Origin: Candidatus Woesebacteria bacterium
Lineage (GTDB): Bacteria; Patescibacteriota; Microgenomatia; UBA8517
Assembly (NCBI GenBank): GCA_020060565.1
Contig: JAGVAE010000001.1
Span: 66,671-130,670 of the forward strand
Direction of reading: 5' to 3'
Length of the DNA stretch: 64,000 nt
Each line of letters opens with the position of its first letter. Positions within the stretch are counted from its first letter, which is position 1. The notes under the pieces were generated by a model. The model was given only the letters and a program-made list of their open reading frames with translations. It was not told the origin of the DNA and made no database searches. Of the stretch, positions 1-7,820 are shown piece after piece. The position numbers and the translations under genes were made by a program.

Positions 1-12
1 TACCGCACAAAA

Positions 13-46
13 AATCCGTCATCTTTCAGACGGATATTTTGTTGTA
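13..46 (-). terminator. Rho-independent terminator downstream of rplL
   Basis: On the minus strand: stem ATCCGTC / GACGGAT with loop TGAAAGAT, followed by a TTTTTTG run, immediately 3' of the rplL stop. Confidence 0.5.
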
Positions 47-75
47 AAGCTAAGTAACACCTAACTAATTAGAAA

Positions 76-468
76 TTACTTGAGCTCTACTGTTGCACCT
101 GCAGCTTTAAGTTTCTCTGCTGCTGCTTTGGCATCTTCTGCCTTAGCATCCTTCAAAACTTCTGCTGGAGTTGCTTCTGTCATTCCTTTTGCATCCATAA
201 GAGTTAAATTTGGATTAATCTCACGAAGTGCTTTGATGACATTGATTTTTGCGTCTCCTGCAGCTGTCATTACAACAGTTTGGTTTCCTCCTTCTGCTGG
301 AGCTTCCTCGCCTGCCGTAGCTCCTGCTGGAGCGGAGGCTGGTGCTGCTGCTGCAACTGGCATTGCACTTACTCCAAGTTTATCTTGAAGTGCAGTCACA
401 AGTTCTGATAATTCCAAAACTGTGAGTTTTGATACTTCTTCTACTAATTCATCTACTTTTTTTGCCAT
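76..468 (-). CDS. rplL: 50S ribosomal protein L7/L12
   Basis: MAKKVDELVEEVSKLTVLELSELV N-terminus, an Ala/Pro-rich hinge and a C-terminal domain ending ...GATVELK, all typical of L7/L12. It follows rplJ directly. Confidence 0.92.
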   Translation of the reverse strand: MAKKVDELVEEVSKLTVLELSELVTALQDKLGVSAMPVAAAAPASAPAGATAGEEAPAEGGNQTVVMTAAGDAKINVIKALREINPNLTLMDAKGMTEATPAEVLKDAKAEDAKAAAEKLKAAGATVELK

Positions 469-992
469 TAATTTTCACCTCCTGCCTTGCTTTTCAAAAT
501 GTAAACTAACTTTTGCATATTTCCGTTTAATGTCCCAACTAATCCATACATCGGGGATATTAATGATCCCAAAACTTGAGACAAGAGGACATCTTTTGAA
601 GGAAGAGTTGAGATTTTAGTAAGAGTCGATTCATCACTAAATGCTCCATCAACTACACCTACTTTAAATTTTGGAAGTTCCTGTTCTTTGGCGAATTTAC
701 CTAAAATCTGAATAGGGGCAATTGGGTCGCCATCTGCAATAACTAGTGCAGTTTGGCCTGAAAGAATCTCATCTGTTGCCATCTTGTTATCAATTTTGGC
801 TGATTCAATGGCACGTTTAAGAAGAGTGTTTTTAATAACAACCATACGGGCGTTTGACTCATTTAGTCTTCTTTTTAGTTCCTGTTGGGATTTTACATTA
901 AGACCAGTGTAGTTAACCAAGACCAAAGATTTAGCATCTTTAAGCTCGGTTGTTAAATTATCAACTAATGTAACTTTTTGTGCTTTTAACAT
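468..992 (-). CDS. rplJ: 50S ribosomal protein L10
   Basis: 174 aa with L10-like sequence, sitting in the conserved rplJ-rplL arrangement. Confidence 0.88.
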   Translation of the reverse strand: MLKAQKVTLVDNLTTELKDAKSLVLVNYTGLNVKSQQELKRRLNESNARMVVIKNTLLKRAIESAKIDNKMATDEILSGQTALVIADGDPIAPIQILGKFAKEQELPKFKVGVVDGAFSDESTLTKISTLPSKDVLLSQVLGSLISPMYGLVGTLNGNMQKLVYILKSKAGGEN

Positions 993-1129
993 ATTTACGT
1001 GATCAATTCTTCCATCTTATTAAGACTGATTTAACCCAAGTGGAGAGATAAAAAGCGGACTTTTTTCCTCCGGCGTGGCTTACAATTGCGCGCCTTCTCA
1101 GGACTTATGGGCTAGTATACCACTAAAAC
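993..1129 (-). promoter_or_regulatory. Putative rplJ (L10) 5' leader / autoregulatory region
   Basis: 137-nt untranslated segment upstream of rplJ containing a GC-rich stem (GGCGCGC...GCCACGCCGG). L10 operons commonly carry an L10(L12)4-binding leader. Assigned by position and structure only. Confidence 0.3.
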
Positions 1130-1375
1130 TTACCTTCGTCTAGAATTAATCTCTACAATTATTTGACGTTCTTCCCTGGTCAATTCAGGCTCTCCACAAA
1201 CTCCCGCCAGTGTTTGCCTTCTTAAAATGCTAATCTCTTCTTGGGTAAGATTGGAGGCCGCGTTTATACTTTGAATTCTTACAACTTCGTCAGGAGTGAG
1301 CGGTAATTCATCAATTCCAGCATGTGTCTGTCTTTTTAATACTGAATCTGATAGGTTTTGGGGTGTTTCTACCAT
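1130..1375 (-). CDS. Hypothetical 81-aa protein inserted between rplA and rplJ
   Basis: Intact ORF with hydrophilic composition and a possible HTH-like stretch (LTPDEVVRIQSINAASNLTQEEISILRR). No recognisable family. Confidence 0.4.
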   Translation of the reverse strand: MVETPQNLSDSVLKRQTHAGIDELPLTPDEVVRIQSINAASNLTQEEISILRRQTLAGVCGEPELTREERQIIVEINSRRR

Positions 1376-1404
1376 TTAATATGGAAAGGTTGTTTGAATA
1401 CAAC

Positions 1405-2178
1405 TTAATTTAGTTGTAATTTAACGGATGGGCTCATGGTTGATTTTATAAATGCTCTGACTATCAATTTGGATCCTCCAAGAGCCTTGATAACTGCTTC
1501 TGCGTTGTCAACTATTTCTTCGTCTTTCTGGCTGTTTTTACCAATTACAGTGTGAACAAGTGGGGCATCTTTCTCTGTTTTGACTGTTGTTGACCCTGCC
1601 GAATAACCCTTTGCTTTTTTGAGATCGGCAACTAATGTTCCATTTTTAGGGTTTGGCATTAGACCTTTTGGTCCAAGAAGTCTTGCAAAGGGAACCAACT
1701 TTGGCATCATTTCAACGGTGGCTACTAATACATCAAAATCGACTTTTCCTTCCGTAAGCTTTTTAACTGTATCCTCATCTGCAATTTCCACTTTCTTAAC
1801 TTTTCCTGCTTGGAAGGGGAGATTGACTTGAACAGAAATTCCAGCTTTTTTAACAATAACATGGAGTTCCATTGTTCCATCAAATTTTGAATATGATGCG
1901 CTTTTCACCAACTTTACAGCCTCACTTAATTTGTATGCTTTTTCGTGATCAAATTTAGCCTTGGCTTCTACATATTTTTTCGAGCGAACTCGCTCAACAA
2001 TTTTCCTTTGACTCAATGGAGATTTAGTATCAATTTGCTGTCCTTGCCCTTCCGTAGCTTCAGCGGAGGAGGGTTCAACTACTTTGACACGCTGTCCACC
2101 CTTAAGACCACTAAGATGAACTTTTTCTTCTTTCTTGTTTTCGTTTTCTCCGACATTGGCTGTTTTCATTTTTCCCAT
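1405..2178 (-). CDS. rplA: 50S ribosomal protein L1, with an N-terminal extension of about 45 aa
   Basis: The L1 core begins KKYVEAKAKFDHEKAYKLSEAVKLVK and continues ...GPKGLMPNPKNGT.... Its ATG is 1 nt downstream of the rplK stop, so there is no room for an L1-binding leader. Confidence 0.88.
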   Translation of the reverse strand: MGKMKTANVGENENKKEEKVHLSGLKGGQRVKVVEPSSAEATEGQGQQIDTKSPLSQRKIVERVRSKKYVEAKAKFDHEKAYKLSEAVKLVKSASYSKFDGTMELHVIVKKAGISVQVNLPFQAGKVKKVEIADEDTVKKLTEGKVDFDVLVATVEMMPKLVPFARLLGPKGLMPNPKNGTLVADLKKAKGYSAGSTTVKTEKDAPLVHTVIGKNSQKDEEIVDNAEAVIKALGGSKLIVRAFIKSTMSPSVKLQLN

Positions 2179-2179
2179 A

Positions 2180-2602
2180 TTATTCGATTTTAATACCCAT
2201 ACTTCTTGCGGTTCCTTCGACTATTCTTTGTGCAGCTTCTACGTCCTTTGTGTTTAAATCGTCCAATTTATCTTCTGCAATTTGTTTAACTTGGGCGTGT
2301 GTTAGAGTACCTGCGGTTTCTCTGGGAGTTTTACCCGATCCCTTTTCGATTCCAAGAACCTTTTTGATCATGTCTGCAACAGGAGCTTTTTTAATAACAA
2401 AATCAAATGTTCTATCTTCGTAAATTGTAATGACTGCTGGAGCAACCTGACCTTTAAGAGCCTGGGTTTTATCGTTGTACTGTTTAACAAAATCCATAAT
2501 AGCAACACCATGCTGACCCAATGCGGTTCCTACTGGAGGAGCTGGGGTAGCCTCTGCTGCCTTTAGATTAATTTTAACGATAGTTTTGACTTTTTTTGCC
2601 AT
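2180..2602 (-). CDS. rplK: 50S ribosomal protein L11
   Basis: MAKKVKTIVKINLKAAEATPAPPVGTALGQHGVAIMDF... is canonical L11. The start is taken at the internal ATG at 2600-2602 (complement) rather than the longer ORF start at 2668. Confidence 0.88.
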   Translation of the reverse strand: MAKKVKTIVKINLKAAEATPAPPVGTALGQHGVAIMDFVKQYNDKTQALKGQVAPAVITIYEDRTFDFVIKKAPVADMIKKVLGIEKGSGKTPRETAGTLTHAQVKQIAEDKLDDLNTKDVEAAQRIVEGTARSMGIKIE

Positions 2603-2735
2603 TTTGTTTTGGATACGCACTCGAAGCTTTTTAAAAGAAGTTTCGACTTGCGTCTGCCTCACTCCCAAGCGAGGTAAGGGTATTATAGACCAAACTTTCT
2701 AATCAGTAAAGCACTTTAAGAACTGTCGTTGACAT

Positions 2736-3431
2736 GTGGCCTTCTTGGGTTTTAAGATGATAGTCATGCCAGGGAACGAAGGAGTGTCTAATCCAGGAAG
2801 GAGAGATTTTATTAAAAAAATAGGTATTGGTTTTGGGAGTGGTGCTTTGGCAGCATTATCGAGTTCATGTGGATCAGCCATTGAAAGTCCTGCTCAGGCT
2901 AAAGAAATTACCCTACCAAAAGAGGAAGAAAGTGACCCAATAAAATACGGAGAAATTCAAGAAGGTGAAAGTTTGACCTTGGCAATAGAAAGGGTATCAG
3001 GTCGATCGTTAAATTCGATCGGGAGTTTACAAGTGGTTTGGACAAACAACGATGTAGATTATGACTTTAAAAATAAAAAGGCATTCTTATATCAAGATAT
3101 TGCTCCTTTACCCTATGCTCAACCTGGCGACAGAATTGTTTTCGGACCAGAAAAACCCATGGGAGATGCTATATCAGAACCCGGTATTTTGACTGGTCAA
3201 GAAAGGGTTATTTTGGAATCGCGAACTAAGAATAGTGGGGACAACGAGGAGACGTATTTAACTGTTTTTGGTGGCCGTTTTGATAGGACTGTTTTTTATA
3301 AACTTAAAGGAGATAGATCTGGTTGGGAAGTTAATTATAAAGGAAATGAATGGACTGATTCTGACAAGCTTAAAGAATTAATGACTGAGAATCCCACAAT
3401 GAAATCTTCCGAAGCATTTAGCAGACTTTAG
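2736..3431 (+). CDS. Secreted protein with a twin-arginine (Tat) signal and possible lipobox
   Basis: The N-terminus carries SNPGRRDFIKKIGIGFGSGALAALSSSCGS, a Tat-like RRxFIK motif, followed by a Cys. No family was recognised for the mature part. Confidence 0.5.
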   Translation: MAFLGFKMIVMPGNEGVSNPGRRDFIKKIGIGFGSGALAALSSSCGSAIESPAQAKEITLPKEEESDPIKYGEIQEGESLTLAIERVSGRSLNSIGSLQVVWTNNDVDYDFKNKKAFLYQDIAPLPYAQPGDRIVFGPEKPMGDAISEPGILTGQERVILESRTKNSGDNEETYLTVFGGRFDRTVFYKLKGDRSGWEVNYKGNEWTDSDKLKELMTENPTMKSSEAFSRL

Positions 3432-3454
3432 TATTTGGTGTATAATTTCTTCAA

Positions 3455-3664
3455 ATGGCAGAACCAGGTAAACAGGAAGGGGTTGAAAAACTTCAAGGTG
3501 GGGTGTATAAAAAACGAGAAAAACCGATCGATATTAGTAAAGCCACTGTTGGAGATTTGGCTAATCTAAATCAGGTAGCTAAACGTTCGGGCATAGATTT
3601 TCCTCTTGATGGTGATGATAAGACTGTTACTCCAGAAAGATTTGTGGTGATACCTAAAAAATAA
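3455..3664 (+). CDS. Hypothetical small protein (69 aa)
   Basis: Intact ORF co-oriented with the upstream Tat-signal protein. No recognisable motif. Confidence 0.35.
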   Translation: MAEPGKQEGVEKLQGGVYKKREKPIDISKATVGDLANLNQVAKRSGIDFPLDGDDKTVTPERFVVIPKK

Positions 3665-3676
3665 AAAGGGAGAAGT

Positions 3677-4309
3677 TTAAACTTTTTGAATTTGTAGGAA
3701 ATCAAGCTCGACGGGGGTTTCACGGCCAAAAATAGATACTAAGACTTTTACCTTTCCTTTTTCCTCATCCATTTCATGAATTGTTCCCAAGAAATCTGCA
3801 AATGGACCATCTGTGATTTTGATAGCTTCTCCAACACTGAACTTTGTTTTAAATCTGGGGGCGGGGGAGCTTATAAACTTTTGAATGTTGTTTACTTCAG
3901 CTTCGGATAGAGGTGTGGGGTTATTACCTGCTCCCACAAATCCTGTGATTCCTGCTGTGGTTCTAACAGCCAACCAAGTTGGGTCGTCTAGAATCATTTT
4001 GACAAGTAAATATCCTGGGAAAATCTTTTCTTTAACTGTGGCTTTTTTGCCTCCTCTTATAATAACTCTGTCTTGAGTGGGAACTAACATTTCAAAGATA
4101 TGACCTTGAAGGTTCATGGTCTCAATTCTTTGTCGTAAAGTTTCCATGACGCGTACTTCATGTCCCGAGGAAGTATGGACTACATACCATTTAGCTTTAG
4201 GGTCTTCTGTTTGGGCAACAATAATGTGTCCAGGAATTTTCTTTTTTCCTGTTCCACGCTCAGAAACTCCAGCGACTGCTTCTGGTTGTTTTGTAATATC
4301 GTCGTTCAT
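3677..4309 (-). CDS. nusG: Transcription termination/antitermination factor NusG
   Basis: An NGN domain (KWYVVHTSSGHEVRVMETL) and a C-terminal KOW domain (FSVGEAIKITDGPFADFLGTIHEMDEEKGKVKVLVSIFGRETPVELDF). Its start overlaps the secE stop. Confidence 0.9.
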   Translation of the reverse strand: MNDDITKQPEAVAGVSERGTGKKKIPGHIIVAQTEDPKAKWYVVHTSSGHEVRVMETLRQRIETMNLQGHIFEMLVPTQDRVIIRGGKKATVKEKIFPGYLLVKMILDDPTWLAVRTTAGITGFVGAGNNPTPLSEAEVNNIQKFISSPAPRFKTKFSVGEAIKITDGPFADFLGTIHEMDEEKGKVKVLVSIFGRETPVELDFLQIQKV

Positions 4310-4494
4310 TATTTTGTAATAATTTTAGTTAGAAGGGTGGTAAAGAGGTAATCAAGTCCTCCTACGTAAGCTCCTAATATGCCTGAAACTAAGAAAACTG
4401 TCAAGGTAAGTTTGATTGTTTCTTCTCTGGTTGGCCAGGTAACACGACTTAGCTCATGTCTTACCTCACCAAAAAAATTGGTTACAGCTTTCAC
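4309..4494 (-). CDS. secE: Preprotein translocase subunit SecE (start codon uncertain)
   Basis: The C-terminal 60 aa, ...FFGEVRHELSRVTWPTREETIKLTLTVFLVSGILGAYVGGLDYLF..., form the SecE signature plus a TM helix. A GTG start is proposed at 4494. The longer ORF reaching 4827 would overlap rnhB divergently and is rejected. Confidence 0.6.
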   Translation of the reverse strand: MKAVTNFFGEVRHELSRVTWPTREETIKLTLTVFLVSGILGAYVGGLDYLFTTLLTKIITK

Positions 4495-4531
4495 GAATGC
4501 AATTTTACCAAAAAAGCTTAGAATAAACAAT

Positions 4532-5179
4532 ATGCCGAATTTTAGGTATGAAAAAGAGGTTTGGGGCAAAGGTGACAAACTCATTGCTGGGATTGATGAG
4601 GTGGGAAGGGGTTGTTTTGCAGGACCTGTAGTGGCAGGCGCGACCGTGTTCGCGCCTAATTTAAAATTTAAAATTAAAAATTTAAAATTAAGGATAGACG
4701 ATAGTAAAAAATTAAATTCAAAACAAAGAGAGACAGCGGATAAATGGATTAGGAAAAATGCGATAGGATGGGGGATTGGGGTAGCCAGTATTTCCCAGAT
4801 AAACAAGTTGGGAATTAAAAAAGCCACTGAGATTGCGTTCAGAAAAGCTATTAAAAACTGTGGGGTAGAAATTGATTATCTTTTAATTGATGCCTTTTAT
4901 ATTCCCTATGTAAAAGGTCTTAGAAGGAAAAATCAAAAAGCTATTATTCATGGGGACACTAAATCGATTTCAATTGCTGCAGCTTCAATTATTGCCAAAG
5001 TTTATAGAGATAAACTAATGACAGAATTGGGTAAAAAGGCAAAATACAAAAAGTATGGGTGGAATAAAAACAAAGGATATGGAACTAGGGAACATAGAAA
5101 GATGATCCAAAAGTATGGAGTCTCCAAGCTTCACAGGAAGTTATTTGTTAGAAACTACGTTTCTTCTCAAGCTCAATAG
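4532..5179 (+). CDS. rnhB: Ribonuclease HII
   Basis: GIDEVGRGCFAGPVVAGA, ...DSKKL and a C-terminal KGYGT... match RNase HII. The start is taken at the internal ATG at 4532. The gene carries an in-frame 11-aa insert NLKFKIKNLKL encoded by an AT-rich repeat. Confidence 0.85.
   Translation: MPNFRYEKEVWGKGDKLIAGIDEVGRGCFAGPVVAGATVFAPNLKFKIKNLKLRIDDSKKLNSKQRETADKWIRKNAIGWGIGVASISQINKLGIKKATEIAFRKAIKNCGVEIDYLLIDAFYIPYVKGLRRKNQKAIIHGDTKSISIAAASIIAKVYRDKLMTELGKKAKYKKYGWNKNKGYGTREHRKMIQKYGVSKLHRKLFVRNYVSSQAQ
4663..4689 (+). repeat. 27-nt AT-rich repeat copy (AAAATTTAAAATTAAAAATTTAAAATT), in frame inside rnhB
   Basis: Identical 27-mer also found at 19244-19270 inside topA. The flanks agree as well (aattYaaaattt...aaaattRa). 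Confidence 0.8.
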
Positions 5180-5342
5180 AATGAGCGATTCTGTATTTAG
5201 CTTCTTTTCTTTTCTCTGCGGGTTTTTTGTAATGCTCACGATCGCGATACTCCTGCATTACACCCTCGTCAATGGTTTTTTTACGAAAACGGGCAATTAG
5301 CTTATCATCGCTTTCACCCTTTTTCTTTTTAAGTATGAACAT
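5148..5342 (-). CDS. rpsU: 30S ribosomal protein S21
   Basis: 64 aa. ...KKGESDDKLIARFRKK...EYRDREHYKKPAEKRKEAK... is the S21 family signature. Confidence 0.85.
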   Translation of the reverse strand: MFILKKKKGESDDKLIARFRKKTIDEGVMQEYRDREHYKKPAEKRKEAKYRIAHSIELEKKRSF

Positions 5343-5387
5343 TTTATCTTGTTGTAAATCACCTCCGTATGGTATTATAGTTTACTG

Positions 5388-6395
5388 ATGGCAAAGAAGA
5401 AAGCATTAATTACCGGAATTACGGGACAAGATGGTAGCTATTTGGCAGAGCTTTTACTTAAAAAAGGCTATGAAGTTGGGGGAATAGTAAGAAAGACTTC
5501 TCATGAAAGTTATGCAAATATTGGGCATATCCAGGAAGAATTAAGATTGTATCAGGGAGATTTACTTGATCCGGTTTCTTTAAGAGAAATTATCCAAAAG
5601 TTTGCTCCTGATGAAGTTTATAATTTAGCTTCTCAATCACACCCTTCAGAATCTTTTAAACAGCCAATCCATACAGCAGAGATTACTGGAATTGGGGCGC
5701 ATAGGGTACTTGACGCTACACTGGACGTGAATCCAAAATGTAAATTCTATCAAGCAAGTTCTTCTGAGATGTTTGGTTGGGTACGCGAGATTCCTCAAAC
5801 AGAGGAAACTCCATTTAATCCAGCTAATCCATATGCTGCAGCCAAGCTATATGCCTTTGCCATAACTAAAATTTATAGAAAAAGTTATAAAATGTTTGCT
5901 TGTAACGGGATTTTATTTAATCATGAGTCTCCTCGTAGACACTTAGGATTTGTAACCCAAAAAGTATGTTATGCCGCAGCTTGTGCAAAATTGGGAATTG
6001 ATAATTCGGAACATTTAAATGAAGAGGGAGAACAAATCGTTAAAAATGGAAAAGTGTCACTTGGAAACCTTGAGGCAAAACGCGATTGGGGATATGCAGG
6101 AGACTATGTTGAGGCAATGTATCTCATGATGCAGGCAGATGAGCCTGACGATTTTGTGATAGCAACAGGAGAAACCCATACAATTAAAGAACTTTGTGAA
6201 GAAGCCTATGATTATATAGGTCTAAATTGGAAGGATCATGTGATTATTGATAAAAGATTTGTCCGTCCAACAGAAACAGGACCATTGGTTGGCGATGCTG
6301 GGAAAGCCAAGAGGGTATTTGGTTGGACTCCACGAACGAAGTTCAAGGAATTGGTTCATATAATGGTTAATGCCCATCTAGCCAGACTTAAATAA
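5388..6395 (+). CDS. gmd: GDP-mannose 4,6-dehydratase
   Basis: ALITGITGQDGSYLAELLLKKGYEV Rossmann N-terminus with end-to-end GMD-like sequence (SDR family). Confidence 0.88.
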   Translation: MAKKKALITGITGQDGSYLAELLLKKGYEVGGIVRKTSHESYANIGHIQEELRLYQGDLLDPVSLREIIQKFAPDEVYNLASQSHPSESFKQPIHTAEITGIGAHRVLDATLDVNPKCKFYQASSSEMFGWVREIPQTEETPFNPANPYAAAKLYAFAITKIYRKSYKMFACNGILFNHESPRRHLGFVTQKVCYAAACAKLGIDNSEHLNEEGEQIVKNGKVSLGNLEAKRDWGYAGDYVEAMYLMMQADEPDDFVIATGETHTIKELCEEAYDYIGLNWKDHVIIDKRFVRPTETGPLVGDAGKAKRVFGWTPRTKFKELVHIMVNAHLARLK

Positions 6396-6396
6396 T

Positions 6397-6822
6397 TCAG
6401 TCCAGACCTATTAGCTTCGCAATTTGGGTAGTAGAAGGAACTTTGATTTTTTTAATCTCAACCAGTTTTGCGTTGACCGATTTTGCATACTCTCTCTTTT
6501 TATCTTTCATGGAGTCTCCTTGGGTGACAGCGATAATATCTGGTTTTATTTTTGCTACTAATTTTTTGTAGTCATCATCACTTTTCATTTCTGGAAGGGG
6601 GATAACTTCATCTACAAAATTTAATGATTCTAGAATCTCTAGTCTTTGTTTTTGGGTGTGAATTGGGCGACCCTGTCCTTTTAGCCTTTTGGTATTTTCG
6701 TCACTTTCAAGAGCTACTATTAGGCAGTCACCTTTTTTCTTAGCTTCTTTTAAAAAATGAATATGGCCAAAGTGAAGTATATCAAAACACCCCCCAATTA
6801 ACACCTTCTTTTTAGCTCTCAT
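6397..6822 (-). CDS. Cytidylyl/adenylyltransferase of the HIGH-motif nucleotidyltransferase family (RfaE domain II / HldE C-terminal-like)
   Basis: GGCFDILHFGHIHFLKEAKKKGDCLIVALESDENTKRLKGQGRPIHTQKQRLEILESLNFVDEV closely resembles heptose-1-phosphate adenylyltransferase / glycerol-3-phosphate cytidylyltransferase cores. Confidence 0.75.
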   Translation of the reverse strand: MRAKKKVLIGGCFDILHFGHIHFLKEAKKKGDCLIVALESDENTKRLKGQGRPIHTQKQRLEILESLNFVDEVIPLPEMKSDDDYKKLVAKIKPDIIAVTQGDSMKDKKREYAKSVNAKLVEIKKIKVPSTTQIAKLIGLD

Positions 6823-6869
6823 AGCTGTATGATATCACAAGCTGATTCGATGGCTTTTAATATGTGATT

Positions 6870-7097
6870 CTATTTGGAGTTGCCCAGATTTCTGTCAATT
6901 GCAATCATTCTTAGAACATTAATATTCCAATTTGTATCTGAAGTAGTTGCTCCTTTTGCTCCTCTTACTTTTTCTTCGAGTATACCTTTTTTTTCTTCTA
7001 ATCTTAGCCTACTTAACAAATCAGTATTACTTAAGGATTGAAATTCCTCCATTTTTCTTTTTAGAAAATCTTGGTGTTTCTTGTCTGAACTTTCCAT
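6870..7097 (-). CDS. Hypothetical protein (75 aa)
   Basis: Intact ORF between the cytidylyltransferase gene and tRNA-Trp. No family recognised. Confidence 0.35.
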   Translation of the reverse strand: MESSDKKHQDFLKRKMEEFQSLSNTDLLSRLRLEEKKGILEEKVRGAKGATTSDTNWNINVLRMIAIDRNLGNSK

Positions 7098-7128
7098 AAA
7101 CCGAATTATACCACTCGGTACTGTTTTG

Positions 7129-7199
7129 CAAGCCTGTCAGGATTCGAACCTGAAAGAGCGGTTTTGGAGACCGCCATGATACCATTTCATCACAGGCTT
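7129..7199 (-). tRNA. tRNA-Trp (anticodon CCA)
   Basis: Folded by hand: acceptor AAGCCTG/CAGGCTT, D-arm ATGA/TCAT, anticodon stem GCGGT/ACCGC with loop CUCCAAA, T-arm TCAGG-TTCGAAT-CCTGA, discriminator G. CCA is not encoded. Confidence 0.85.
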
Positions 7200-7267
7200 A
7201 TTAATTAGAGGTTTTGTTTTGCCCTTCCGCCGTTCTGCCGTTTAACTACGCCCCTAGGCTAATCGTT

Positions 7268-7297
7268 ATTATACCTTAAAAGTAGTTAAAGGTTGAA
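7268..7297 (-). promoter_or_regulatory. Candidate sigma-70-type promoter for tRNA-Trp
   Basis: Minus-strand TTCAAC, an 18-nt spacer, then TATAAT, about 65 nt upstream of the tRNA 5' end. This implies a processed 5' leader. Confidence 0.3.
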
Positions 7298-7301
7298 TAA
7301 A

Positions 7302-7529
7302 TTAGAAGCGTTCACAAATGAAGGAACTGCACATTTCACCCCTTTCTGCGTAGTCTAAACACTCGCCAGTTGCGGGATCCAGCTGTTGACAGACATCAAT
7401 CCGTCTTACGATCTGGCCATTGATTTTTTGGACGATAATTTTTCCTTCGCCTGGATAGTTTCCTTGGACACAACAACCTTCCTTTATTTTTGTTCTGGTT
7501 GTACAGCCAATGCAAGGATTAGTTGACAT
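7302..7529 (-). CDS. Small cysteine-rich protein (75 aa, 8 Cys)
   Basis: MSTNPCIGCTTRTKIKEGCC...C...C...C....C. It lies 23 nt downstream of rpmG on the same strand and is probably co-transcribed. No family recognised. Confidence 0.5.
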   Translation of the reverse strand: MSTNPCIGCTTRTKIKEGCCVQGNYPGEGKIIVQKINGQIVRRIDVCQQLDPATGECLDYAERGEMCSSFICERF

Positions 7530-7552
7530 GATGATTTATAAACTAAGATTAG

Positions 7553-7738
7553 CTACTTAAGTTTGAGGCTTTCTTTGTGAAGCTGAACTTTTTTACAAAA
7601 TCTACAGTACTTTTTAAGGCCAAGTTTTCCTTTGCCTTTTGTGTCCATGTTTACTTTGTTACGAGTAGTTCCGTAATTTTGGTTTTTACAGATAGAACAA
7701 ACTAAAGCTACAATTTCTCGAGCACCCTTTTTTGCCAT
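7553..7738 (-). CDS. rpmG: 50S ribosomal protein L33
   Basis: 61 aa with CSICKNQNYGTTRNK...KYCRFCKKVQLHKE, the L33 zinc-ribbon pattern. Confidence 0.85.
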   Translation of the reverse strand: MAKKGAREIVALVCSICKNQNYGTTRNKVNMDTKGKGKLGLKKYCRFCKKVQLHKESLKLK

Positions 7739-7820
7739 ATGTTTGGTATTTTAGCACTTCTTTCTGGTTAAGAAAAGACTTGACCAAGGATTAATATTCA
7801 GCTTAAACTGTTTGTGGTAA

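Noticed and set aside
80-388. Plus-strand ORFs 80-388 and 1619-1831, minus-strand ORF 17805-18215, and numerous other 60-140-aa ORFs listed in the six-frame track, which lie antisense to or inside strong conserved genes
   Set aside because: They overlap well-supported conserved genes on the opposite strand or in alternative frames (for example rplL, rplA, the PBP2 gene). They have low-complexity or hydrophobic junk composition and no recognisable motifs. They are treated as shadow ORFs.
4658-4693. The AT-rich repeats as CRISPR repeats or a degenerate array
   Set aside because: Copies are dispersed singly inside coding sequences tens of kb apart. They have no regular spacer-repeat periodicity and no cas genes in the window.
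4495-4827. The long minus-strand ORF (172 aa) that extends SecE upstream and overlaps rnhB
   Set aside because: Only the last 60 aa resemble SecE; the upstream part is low-complexity. The extended ORF would overlap the rnhB start divergently by about 300 nt. An in-frame GTG at 4494 (or TTG at 4530) gives a canonical 61-aa SecE instead.
7200-7262. A tRNA-like 5' half (GGGGCGTAGTTAAACGGCAGAACGGCGG) immediately upstream of tRNA-Trp: possible second tRNA or a tRNA intron
   Set aside because: It has no complete cloverleaf, no T-arm and no 3' acceptor strand. It lies between a good promoter (TTCAAC-18-TATAAT) and the mature tRNA-Trp 5' end, so it is most simply a processed 5' leader.
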